From Antedon mediterranea (taxonomy: Eukaryota; Animalia; Echinodermata): a stretch of 64,000 bases of DNA. This document shows, piece by piece, positions 38,701-50,100 of the stretch. Below the pieces are notes generated by a model, which saw nothing but the letters and a program-made list of their open reading frames with translations, was not told where the DNA came from and did no database searches. The stretch spans positions 11,182,101 through 11,246,100 of the forward strand of contig NC_092677.1 in the NCBI RefSeq assembly GCF_964355755.1, read 5' to 3'. Made by a program: the position numbers and the translations under genes. Within the stretch, counting starts at the first letter, position 1. Each line of letters starts with the position of its first letter.

Positions 38701-40344
38701 GCTTCGTATCATGAGGCTACATATTTCCCAGCTGAAGAAACTGGAATTATTTATGTGTTTTTGTATGATTGTGATCATTCACTCGAAATGACTGAAATGG
38801 ATGAATATATGGATCAGGATGAAGGAATTCGATTAAAACAATGTCTTAAATGTCGTAAGACCATACGATTCAGCCCAAGATATGGGAATGTTCTTAAAAC
38901 CATAAACACAAGAATAGCTGAAATTAAGCAAAAGATGCATATTGAAAGATCAGTAGATCGAGTGCAGGATATGAGGCAGAAGATTCTTTCGCAATTACCA
39001 TATCTTGACAAAGAAGACCAAAGACGGATTCATCAAGAAATGGATTCACGCTATGGAGTTAAATATGAACGACTGCTTGTGTTAGACATTATGATTGTAA
39101 TGCTAAGAAGAGTGAACATGATTCGTGATTTAAACCAGAGTGATAATGCCACAACGTACAGTATTATTGTTAATCAAAACATTCAGGAACAAATTTGGAA
39201 ATCGAAAAACATTGCTTCTGAACAAGTTGTTGTTGATATATCCTCAGAACTACAGCGGTTAACCATATGTGATCAGTTAATATCAGTTATGGAAGAGAAA
39301 CTCAGTCTACTTGAAAAGAGTAATCGACTAAAAATGAATTCAGAAGAATCACTAGTAAAGATAGCAAAACGAACTGTTGACCAGTGCTTAAGCTTCTCCC
39401 ACGAACGCTGGTCGACGTGTCGTTATGGTCATGTACTTCAAGTTAACGAAATAATTGAGGAATGTAAAAAATGTGCGGCTCTGGAAAAGGAAGCCCATGG
39501 AAAATGTTACCAACGGCAGGGTTTCAGTAGGGAGAAACAACGGCAATCAGAAAAAAGAAAATGGACCCTAAATTTGACGCAACCAGACCCTCCTGCTAAA
39601 CGACAAAGAACGGTCGTTTATTCGTCTGTTGAAAACAAAAGAGGTAGAGATTATACCAATACCCATCCGAAAGTCAAATGTAAAGTGACTACTACTAAAA
39701 ACAATAAGGAACGTAGGTCTACGTTAAGAGGAGGTAATGAGTCAAGAGCTAGTCTAGATTGTGGACATATCTCTCTATGGCTGGATCAAAGAGATTTGAA
39801 AAGATATAAATGTAGGGAAGATTGTCTTAAAGTATGTAAACGCGGACATGCATGTCCCCTAAAGTGTTTTGAAGATTGTCCACCGTGTGAAGTCATGATT
39901 AGGAAGACACTAGAATGTCAACATAAGGCTAAGATACAGTGTGGTACACCTGGAAGCCAGGTGGATTGTAAAAAGCCGTGTCAGAGGTCATTGAAGTGTG
40001 GCCATAAATGCAAGAACCTATGCTTTGAAAAATGTACATCAAAATGTTTAGAAATTACCAAAAGAGAGTTTTTCCCGTGTGGTCACAGTCTCAATGTTCA
40101 ATGCTATATAAATTCCTGCCAGTCACCTTGTGAAAAAGCGTTATCATGTGGTCATGAATGTCCAAATGTTTGCGGTGATCTCTGCGAAAACTATAACTGC
40201 AAAAACGGTTTCAACCACCATCATGGAGATGGCAAACATGTGATTTGTATAGCACCATGTCAAAAAACATTAACTTGTAAACATCAGTGTCAACGAAAGT
40301 GTTGCGAAAAATTATTATATTATTATTATTATTATTATTACTAA
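26748..40344 (+). CDS. ZNFX1: ZNFX1-like paralog B (~2405 aa): intact helicase, expanded NFX1 array, degenerate RZ finger, second C-terminal NFX1 array, poly-Tyr end
   Basis: Exons 26748-27025, 33075-33139 and 33470-40344 splice in frame (7218 nt) and are homologous to the three coding exons of copy C. Motifs QGPPGTGKT, CYTNHALDQFLE, VVEEAAE, LIGDHQQLKP, QHRM, DNYQGEE and RMCVALSRAK are all intact. Confidence 0.88.
27531..30409. mobile_element. Non-autonomous TIR DNA transposon in ZNFX1-B intron 2
   Basis: Left end GGCTTAACAACAAAA..CGTTACACAGTGGACAAAAGCGCCAAATTTGGCATG mirrors right end CATGCCAAAT..[insertion]..CTTTTGTCCACCGTCGTGTAACGTTTTAGTCGCTAAGCC. Internal AAGATGGCGGCC and GGTCAAAGGTCA repeats; no transposase ORF. 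Confidence 0.65.
29289..30370. mobile_element. Foldback-type element nested in the right TIR of 27531-30409
   Basis: ~100-bp TIRs starting CGGGTGTCACGAAACCTAAGACCACGAAAGC; internal ~29615-29850 also mirrors ~30045-30270. Confidence 0.8.
30820..32599. mobile_element. TIR element (CAGGCCCGTAT[C/G]CAG) with apparent 5-bp TSD CTCGG, carrying a nested truncated hAT-like element
   Basis: 15-bp TIR with one mismatch; CTCGG at 30815-30819 and 32600-32604. Segment 31157-32370 is near-identical to ~41390-42550. Confidence 0.7.
33259..33285. repeat. 27-bp palindromic insertion with 7-bp TSD; empty site visible in paralog C
   Basis: GTAAAAC-CAGGGAAGAGTGAAATTACCTTCCCTG-GTAAAAC. The homologous intron of copy C has a single GTAAAAC (45117-45123). 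Confidence 0.85.
40311..40341 (+). repeat. (TAT)n microsatellite encoding the terminal poly-Tyr of ZNFX1-B
   Basis: ATTATTATATTATTATTATTATTATTATTAC directly before TAA 40342-40344. Confidence 0.9.
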
Positions 40345-40624
40345 AAAGGTTTAAAAGACACTAATTTGTGGCAGTGATAAAGATTTTCCATGTTATTATG
40401 TATATTGTGAAAGAGTAACACGTAATACAGACTGATTGAGGAAGGACTTGACTGTTAAGAAGGAAGCCAGAAATTAAATTTCTAACATGTTGAAGATTCA
40501 CTAACATGTGGGCACACATTACACGAATTTGTTCACAGATTGCAGTCTGTCACTGTAAACCTAAAAGATGTAAATCGTCTTCATCTCCCGATGGTATGAC
40601 AAACTGGAGGCTTTTGGAATTCTT

Positions 40625-40815
40625 TAAAAAAAACAAATTAACAATATTTCGGACATATCGCTAGACATCGAACAAGACATTTTAATAGGAGCAGCGCACG
40701 ATAAGACAAGATGGATGGACGGAGTTAAAGCAAACTGGTTGTACAACTGTGGAAAGTTGGCACAGGATATTCAGTAATGGAGGTATCTCAATCTTGGCAC
40801 AGCACCTGCTCGGAT
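40625..40815 (+). mobile_element. RTE-like LINE 3' relic downstream of ZNFX1-B
   Basis: Degenerate translation QYFGHIARH...RWMDGVK...LAQD...WR resembles the C-terminus of RTE-clade ORF2; homologous relic at 52305-52436. Confidence 0.5.
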
Positions 40816-40946
40816 TTTAATAATGTAAATAAAATAATGACTTATATTATGTACAATAGTACTTCAAAGAAAATTACTTAACTATAGTGCAAGTATATAC
40901 TGTAGTGCAAGTATCGGGGCAAGTATATACTGTAGTGCAAGAATAT

Positions 40947-42550
40947 CAGTGGTGGCGCCAGCGGGGGGAGGGGGCTACGGGGGCTCTAGCCCCCCTCGTC
41001 GGGGAGCCTAGCCGCCCCCCCCCCCCCGTCGGGGAACACGGGTACTTTTTGTCGGGGAATATAATATACAGTAAAAAACGTTCGCGTTCACTTCATATAG
41101 CTTCAGCGCCTTGAAAACCACGACGTTCCATTGACCGTGAGAGTACGTCAGAGGGCTATTATGCACTTTTATCGCTGGCAATAAATGAATGCATAAAAGT
41201 GTTATGCATTCATTTATTGCCAGCGATCTAACTTACTACTAAACATTAGCTTGGTACGCACTTGTCTGACGGTATCCCTTTGTACGAATCGTTCAACATT
41301 GGGTCGAGACGCGTGATATCAAGTTCCATCCAGGGACCAAAATGTGTAATGTAGTTATTTTCCAGGCGAAGTTTACCGACGGTTACCGAAGGGAACACGG
41401 GTAATTTTTGTCGGGGAATATAATATACAGTAAAAAGCGTTCGCGTTCACTTCGTAGCTAGCTTCAGCGCCTAGAAAACCGCGACGTTCCATTGACCGTG
41501 AGAGTACGTCAGAGTGATATTATGTACTTTATATGCATTCATTATTGCCAGCGATCTAACTTACTTCTAAACAATAGCTAGGTTCGCACTTGTCTGGCGG
41601 TATCCCTTTGTACGAATCGTTCAACGTTGGGTCGAGATGCGTGATATCATGTTCCATCCAGGGACCAAAATGTGTACTGTAGTTATTTTCCAGGCGAAGT
41701 TTACTGACGGTTACGTCGTGTACTGCGTCGACGTACGCTACACTACAGCAAAAACGAATTATGTTAATTGTTCGTATGTTCACCAATTTTTTAATTTACA
41801 AGTAACCTTCTGTACCGTGGGGTAATACATTTTTCAACCATTACTAAACAAAAAAACATGCCATTTTCGCTTAGCCAACATCTTATTATAGCTAAGTTAT
41901 TACATTTTCAATGTCCTGTATGTCATGAATTTCTCACCACTCGGAAGTCCAGATGGTACGCACGCATACACTTGGGAGGAATAAACTTATTTCCCCGACT
42001 GAAAAAGGTCTACGCTTGCGTTTTTTAAGCCTCTAGGCCTGATGTTTCCAAAGTATAAATGCAATTTTTTGAAGACCTGCAGGTCTAGTTTTAAACATTT
42101 TCTTAGCTCAGCCCCAACAATAAAGCTGGTCATATTTCGAAGTACAAGAAGTGCATTTTCCGGGACCTAACATCTCTATTTTTCAAACATTTCTTAGCTC
42201 AGTCACAACCATGATAGGGACTTATATATTTTGTTTCATGTTTTGAAGTATAATAAGTCCAATTTCCGGGACCTCCAACTCTATTTTTCCAAATTTTCTT
42301 TGAACTTTTATTTTTAAAATTTTTTTGCACGCAGTATTTTATTTATGCATTATAAAAAATGGAAAAAATGGCTACCCTAAATCTGATTAAAATGACCTCA
42401 AATGACGCTAGAACGCGTTGCTTCCGGGCCATTCACCGGGGGCCCTTGGCGGGCCCCTGGCCCCCAGCCTAGTGATGCTCGCTTCGCTCGCATAGCCCCC
42501 TCGTCGGGGAATGTAGCCCCCGCGTCGGAAAGATCCTGGCGCCACCCCTG
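40947..42550. mobile_element. hAT-like non-autonomous DNA transposon (1.6 kb) between ZNFX1-B and -C
   Basis: TIR CAG[T/G]GGTGGCGCCAG; 8-bp flanks AAGAATAT / AAGTATAT; internal ~360-bp tandem duplication (~41030-41720); second truncated copy at 31157-32370. Confidence 0.8.
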
Positions 42551-43430
42551 AAGTATATACTGTAGTGCAAAGATCTTATATACTAAAGATGTGACACTAC
42601 CCGCGTTTACACTTTAGAAGCGTCAAATTATAGTGCGCCCCCTCGTTTAAACAAGTAACGAACTTTTGCGTGACGATCGCAGTATTCTTTAGGGATTGAG
42701 TATTCGCGCCAAAGTTTGTATGGTTAACAAACAATGAATTAAAAGAGAAAAAGTGGAGGGAGGTATGGTAAAGTTGTAGGAGGTCTGTACGCGCCCCCCG
42801 GTCTGTGCATTATCGGCTAGAAATGATGATCATTACGACGGTCTGGTATGATGAATAATTGTAAATATGATGATTTTATTTCAATGTTTCTACATTTTTT
42901 ATATTTCCTCTCGGTGGCCCGTGCATCATTTCACAATAGTTATTGAGTTAATTTTAAACTGAGACTACTATAAAATAACTAATTGTTATCTCAGGTTTTA
43001 AATAAATTATAATAATAAATGAATGTCATGGCGAATGATGGGTACATAATACAGTAGGCCTAGTATGAATTATCTCAGAATTGACTATCATAATCTGTTT
43101 CATGTCATGACTGTAGGCTTAAGCCTATGATTGTTTATAAATATATTCCGAAAAATTACTGTAATAAAATAGTCGAAGTAGTGATTTTAAAAAGTGACTT
43201 CTTGTTCTTTTTTAATTGTTTATAACACACTGTTTTGACTAATATATTTTCCTAATCTGCACTGTTTTGCTGCTGGATGAAAAAGAAGAAAACATCAAGA
43301 ACAAAAACGGAATACGATACGCTTAGTGTTAATACCATAGCCGACTCGCATAAATAAGCAGCGGCTGCGTGGTTGGGCCAACCAAAAAATGCGTTCAACG
43401 CTACCGTCCACGCAGCGCCACCTACCGTCG

Positions 43431-43695
43431 TGACGTCAGCACCGCAGAACTCTATAGTCAATTATCGATCCTCCATTAAATTAAACATTATTTTCAATAT
43501 TTCATGATATTCCTTCCTGGAATCCATCCAATCAAAAGACGTGTACATGAGACGTAATGTTCATAATATGACAAAGTCACGTGATCCTCGGAAATTCCCA
43601 AAGTAGTAGAATTCACAAAAACGCCATTAGACGATAACTAGGCCCAGACAATACTGAATAAAAAAATAAAATGTAATTTTACAGTATTTCACATG
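43431..43695 (+). promoter_or_regulatory. ZNFX1-C promoter and first non-coding exon
   Basis: CRE TGACGTCA 43431-43438; GAS TTCCTGGAA 43514-43522; CCAAT ~43528; E-box CACGTG 43578-43583; NF-kB GGAAATTCCC 43590-43599; donor ATG|GTAAGT at 43695/43696. Confidence 0.68.
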
Positions 43696-44176
43696 GTAAG
43701 TATTGTCTTTCAAGGTACATTTACAGAGATATAAGCCTATACTACTAGGACACCTACAGTAATGAATGCCTACAAAGAATAATGCCATATGGCGATGTGT
43801 GTATGTGTGTGACGTGTGGGCGTAAGTAATGAATCGACGAGCTATTGTAGGCCTATATGTCGTACATATACTAGGCATATAGTATATAGTTATGATTGTA
43901 TTGTGATTAAATGATAAAACCAAATAATAATATTAGATTAATATAGGATATGTATAATGGACTTGATATTTTATTATACACATAGCCTTCAGTATTATAT
44001 AATATTATAGGCATACGAAGGCCTGCCATTCAAAATCACTGTGTTACTGTAGTTTATTCCGATCTTGAAGGGCGGGGTTTTTTTTCTTATTATTTTTTTT
44101 ATCACTAGGTTATTTTATGATTTGTCTATTTCCATTACATGTTATGCTAAGTTTGTATATTACAGATTGATATATA

Positions 44177-47100
44177 ATGAGTGGTGCTCGTCCTAAAGAT
44201 CCACGACGACATTCTGTCCCCTACAACATATCCCGAAGAATACATAGGACGCAAGATGATTCTCGACAACGTTGGCTCAAACACCGAAAAGACTTTAGAA
44301 GACCGTATAGGCCTACACGAAATAGAAGAGGGAGAGAAAATTTTAAACATACTCGAACCACAAGAGGAAGAGGCAGTTACCATGGGTAGGCCTATGGTCT
44401 GAAACTATATTTTATATAATAAGTCTCCTTTTGAGGATATACATCCATTGTCGTTGTACTCAACTCTTTGATATCATAACTTTGATGTATAGTTTCTTGG
44501 TCCTTCATGGTTTTTTTTTAAAGAATTCAGATGCCCAGAATAAGGTCAAACATTTGCTAAATATGTGTTGTTCATAAGTTAAAATGTGCGTGATACGCGT
44601 AAAACAGACAATCTAACAACAGGATTCTCAGCTCCGGAGGATTTATCTGTGGCTGCGACAATCCGTTCCACGATCAGAAACCGCGAGCCGCGGAGGATGT
44701 GCATAGCAGTACTGTTGGTATTTGTCGCAGCCAGACATAAGATCAAACGACTGTTACGAGTCCCTATCTTGGCAAGGCGAGCTCAGTGTCCTGTTTTTAG
44801 ATTGCCTTACTTATACTAACTATACTAATATGTGATGTGTAGGCTACACATAACATGCTGAGGTTTGACCCACTGAAAGACACTGTGATAAAACAGTAAT
44901 TTTCTCTATAATTAATATTCTCTAGAACCGATGTATGGTCATCATTAAATGGTCCTAACGAAAATTTCACCAAAAGACGTCAAGCAGCAACGCGTAAGTA
45001 AATCTCTTTTACATCATGCTGCGTTGTTCAAGTTAATACGCCTTTTTAAGAAGAAATTTACATGTTGGAATCTCTGAAAACACACCATGTAATCCAATAA
45101 TGTAGAAAAACTACATGTAAAACACTGACTGGAAGAGAAAATCTGCACTGCTTAATATACTGGCCAGAGGTAGTACCATTTGGCTAGGACTTCCATATGG
45201 TAAATAGTAAAACCAATTGAACATTATTTAAATCAGATTGCAAATGAGATACGATGGGATCTACTGTACGGGTATGCTTATGTTTAATTAGATGATAAGC
45301 CTAGTATACATTGATTTAAATATTTAACTTTTTTCATAGAGGAATATCTCACAAGTATATTAGAAGCGAAATCGAAAAATGATGTTGTGACAACTTTATC
45401 CAAGTACACTTATGCTGCTGAAGACATCACAGACTTGGTAAACGCAAAGAAACTTGGCGATGACGTTGTTGAGGTCCTGCTTCAAATTTACGTAAAAGTA
45501 TTCCAGTGTAAATTATCTGACAGCCGAAAGAAAATGATAGATATCATAAAATCTAGTAATTTCTCAAAAAAAGTTCTAATTTCATATGCCACAAATATAG
45601 GAGATTTAAGAAAAAGTGATCGAAAGGAAAATGAAATGTGTATTAAACTTGTATGGAGTTTCCTACAAGGGATGATGAGTTCTGGATATGAAGACATAAA
45701 TGATTTAGCACTAATTACAACCATACTTGACATCCAAAGTAAAGAATTGTTTGAGAAGTTGAAGTTGAATCAAAATGCTCTCATTGATGTAGCGCGTTTC
45801 AAAAAAGAATCAAACAAATACGTATCAGATGTTAAGAAAGCAGAGAAGAAAAATAGGCAACGCGAATCTGCTAAACGAGAAGGGATATGTGATGGCCCGC
45901 CGCCTAATGACTATCGGGACATTCCGATATTGCCAACCACATATGATGTCCATTCTACAGAGCCTCCATTCCTTCGTCCAAACATAAGCAAAGGAAGCTA
46001 CGCAAGCCAGTACCATTATCTTGATGTACAATTCCGATTGTTACGTGAAGACTTTATTTGTCCATTGCGTGAAGGAATTCAAACACATCTCGATAGTCTA
46101 GCAAATCCACTTCCACGCAATCAGAGGAAGAGAAACACAGATGTTCGCTTATACTATGATGTTAAGATTATCAATCCAGTGTTTTCTCAGAGAGAGGAAG
46201 GAGTTCTCCATCGGGTACACTTTAGTCTTAATAATCTAAAGTACGTCAAATGGAAAAACACAAAAAGGTTGATGTTTGGTTCACTTGTATGTTTATCTCA
46301 CGACAATTTCCAAACGCTTTTATTTGGTACAATTTGCACTAGAGAAGATTGTTACAAAGGTCGTGTTGACATTAAATTCCATGCATTACCCAATACGGAG
46401 ATAGCCCGCATCTATACTATGGTAGAGTCTACGGCATTCTTTGAGAATTATAGAGCTGTCTTGCAAGTTCTCCAACAGTTTGATGACGTCAACTGTATAC
46501 CAATGGATAGGTATATCATACAAGCATCGCATGACATAAGACGACCGAAGTATCTTCTTAATAAAACAACAATGAAGTACGACATTAGTCCATTGCTAAA
46601 GGCTGACGTTCAGAAAAACTCGATTGATATTCTAGATGAAAATGCTTGGCCAGGAATTGACAAACTTGTACTTGATGAATCACAGGTTAGTGCTGTCAAA
46701 TCAGCCTTAACAGACGAACTAGCAGTTATTCAAGGGCCACCGGGAACCGGGAAAACCTATATTGGATTGAAGGTTGTTAAGACTTTGCTTATCAACAAAC
46801 ACCAATGGGCCATGAATAACCTAGGCGAAGACAGTGGTAGTGATGCTATAATGGTGATATGTTATACAAATCATGCCTTAGACCAGTTTCTTGAAGGTAT
46901 ACTGCCATTTTGTGATAATTTAGTGAGAATTGGCGGACGGTCAAAAAGCACAAAGCTTGAACAATATAATTTGAAAGAATTAATAAGGCGCATGAACAGA
47001 AGGACAAGACATGACTTCCAAAGAATAGAAGAACTTGCAGATTTTGTTAGCAGACAGATGATAGCAGGTGAAGAAATGATGAAACTTTGTGATAAATATA

Positions 47101-50100
47101 TTGTGAGTGAATTTACGTTAGAAAATATCATAGATGCTCGACATCTGGAATGTTTGAGAGATTCTAGAGAGGAATATGGAGTGGATGGACACCGTTCGAC
47201 TTTGCCTATGTGGTTAGGTCTGCTTTCTGTATCTGATAATTACACACAAGTTGACGTGTTAACTGATGACGACAAACAAGATGATGACGAAAACAACAAG
47301 GGTAATACTAATATCACGACTGAATTTGACAGGATATTGGATCAACGAGATTATGATGACGTCAGGTCAAAACAGGATTACGAGTCCAAGAAAAATACGA
47401 TAATTACTGATCTTTCCTCTAAGCTTGCATATGATCCGAAAATGCAATGTAAAGACGCCCCTTTAAAAAGGCATAGAGCGACGGTACGAAAACAACTGTC
47501 TATTGTTAATGACGAAATGTCAGAACATGAAGCAAGTAGAGTAAATATTCGCAAGTTATCCGTACATGATAGATGGCGTCTATACCGATATTGGATAGGA
47601 AAGTATAAATGTCAATTACGCCAAAATTTGTTTGAACAACAGCATTCTTATGATGAGATGTTACTCAGTAGTGTTGAGCAAAAAAATGACAGGAAACTTA
47701 ACATTCTGCAAAAGGCGAATGTAATAGGAATAACAACAACTGGTGCTGCTAGGAATAAAGGCTTACTAAATGAAATACGACCAAGAATAGTTGTTGTTGA
47801 AGAGGCTGCGGAAATTCTGGAAGCACATATTGTGACAAGCCTAACAAAACAATGCGAACATCTAATTCTAATTGGAGACCACCAGCAATTGAAGCCTAAT
47901 CCTACTGTATACAAACTTGCCACTAAATTCAATCTTGACATATCCATGTTTGAACGCATGCTTACTAATGGTGTTCCCTGTAAGAAACTGTCGTCACAAC
48001 ACCGAATGCGACCAGAAATATCACAAATCATGAGGAAACACTTCTACAGCCATCTGCTCGACGACGAGTCAGTTAAATATTTTGATAACATTCGAGGTGT
48101 ATCTCATAATATGTTCTTCATCAACCATGATATCCAAGAGGAGTCCATGGAAGATATATTAAGCAAGTCAAATATTCACGAAGCTGAGTATTGTGTGGCA
48201 CTTGCTAAGTATTTATGTCATCAAGGTTACGATGCATCTAGTATCACCATCTTGACGACGTACACTGGCCAGGTACTAAACTTCAAACGAATACTCAGAA
48301 AGGAATCGTATGCTTCTCTTCGTGATATTTATGTAAGTTCTGTAGATAATTATCAAGGTGAAGAAAACGAAATAATATTGGTGTCATTTGTACGAAGCAA
48401 TGAGGCTGGGAATATTGGATTTTTAAAAGTTTCAAACAGAATGTGTGTGGCATTATCAAGAGCAAAAAAAGGTTTGTTCTGTATTGGAAACTTTAAACTT
48501 CTCGCTGAAAAGAGTGACCTCTGGATGAAAATAGTTCAAGACATAAAACCATTAAATTGTATAGGAGATTATCTGGAGTTGTACTGCCATAACCATCGTG
48601 ATACAAAGGTTAAAGTATCTTCCGCTGTAGATTTTAAACAATTTCCAATGGGAGGATGCAAACGTAAGTGTGAAACTCGCTTAGAATGTGGTCATGTCTG
48701 TCAGTGGCTGTGTCATCCAGATCCAAATCATATGATGTATGAATGTAAGGAGGACTGCGCAAAATCATGCAGACAGGGTCATGCATGCCGTCGAAAGTGT
48801 TTTGAAGATTGTACTTTGTGTGAAGTCAAGGTTAGCAAAACATTACAATGTCAACATGATATTGAAATACCGTGTTATCAATTTGAAACGCCAGTAGATT
48901 GTAAGGAACCATGCGAAATGATATTGAAGTGTGGTCATGACTGCAAGAAAGTATGCTTTGAAAAATGTACATCAGAATGTTTAGAAATTGTCACAAGAGA
49001 ATTTTCTCCATGCGGTCACAAAACAGATGTCCAATGCTACATAACGATAATGACATGCGGGTTACCTTGTGAAAAGACACTGGCATGTGGTCATGCGTGT
49101 AAAGAAAGATGTGGCGATACTTGTACAATCAAGTGCACTGAGGTTATAGAGAAGACATTTGATTGCGGACATATCGTAAGGGTTTGTTGCTTTACACAAA
49201 CATGTCCACAGTCATGTTCAAAATTGTTGCAGTGTGGCCACAAGTGTAAACTAAAATGTTACGAGACGTGTTCCAGAGATAATTGCACAGAAGTAGTAAT
49301 AAAGAAACTTAGATGTGGACATGAGAAAGAGCTACTTTGTTATGAAGATCCTGAAGAAATGTTTCGAAAGTGTCATGAGAATGTTACTAAAACTCTTGAA
49401 TGTGGACACCAGAAAGAGCTACCATGTTATGTAGATCCCAAATACATTACGTATTTGGACTTTGATCTAAGATGCAATGTGGAAGTTACTAAATTGCTTC
49501 AATGTGGACATGAACAAACAATAAATTGTTGGAAATCTTCGGGGCTTTATAAAACTGGCTGTCTTGAAAATGTCGAGGAAACATTAGAATGTGGACACAA
49601 AATCAGACGGATTTGTTCAGAGAGCAAATTGTGCAAAATGAAGTGCTCAAGATTATTGCTATGTGGACACAAATGTAAAAGACTTTGTTCCCAGCCATGT
49701 ATGAAACAATGTAATGTGGGAGTAGAAAAGAAACTGAAGTGTGGACATATGAAGTCTGTGCCATGCTCTTTAGATGTGTCAGAGATAGTAACTAGTGGGG
49801 AAGCAGCATTTGCATTTAACCTGGTAGACGAGCATGAATATTGTACAAAGCGATGTTCAAGAACACTAACATGTGGTCATCCCTGCACGAATATATGTGC
49901 AGACAGTTGCAATGTTAGTTGTCAACAACAATGCAAAGACACTTTAATATGTGGACACGTATGCCAAGGAAAATGTATAGATTGTAAAGACAACTTACAT
50001 AAGGAATGCACAGAATGTTGTAACAAGAAACTTATCTGTGGTCATAATTGTCAACAATCATGTTCAATTATTCCTTGTCAACCCTGCAAAAAGCATTGTA

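Noticed and set aside
27531-42550. Autonomous transposon or endogenous virus in the ZNFX1 introns and spacers
   Set aside because: No transposase, reverse transcriptase, Rep/helicase or viral ORF is visible; all elements are non-autonomous.
16189-45389. ORF-track starts at 16189, 33496 and 45387 (TTG/GTG) as true initiation sites
   Set aside because: The frames stay open upstream to splice acceptors at 16007, 33470 and 45340, and in-frame upstream exons provide ATGs.
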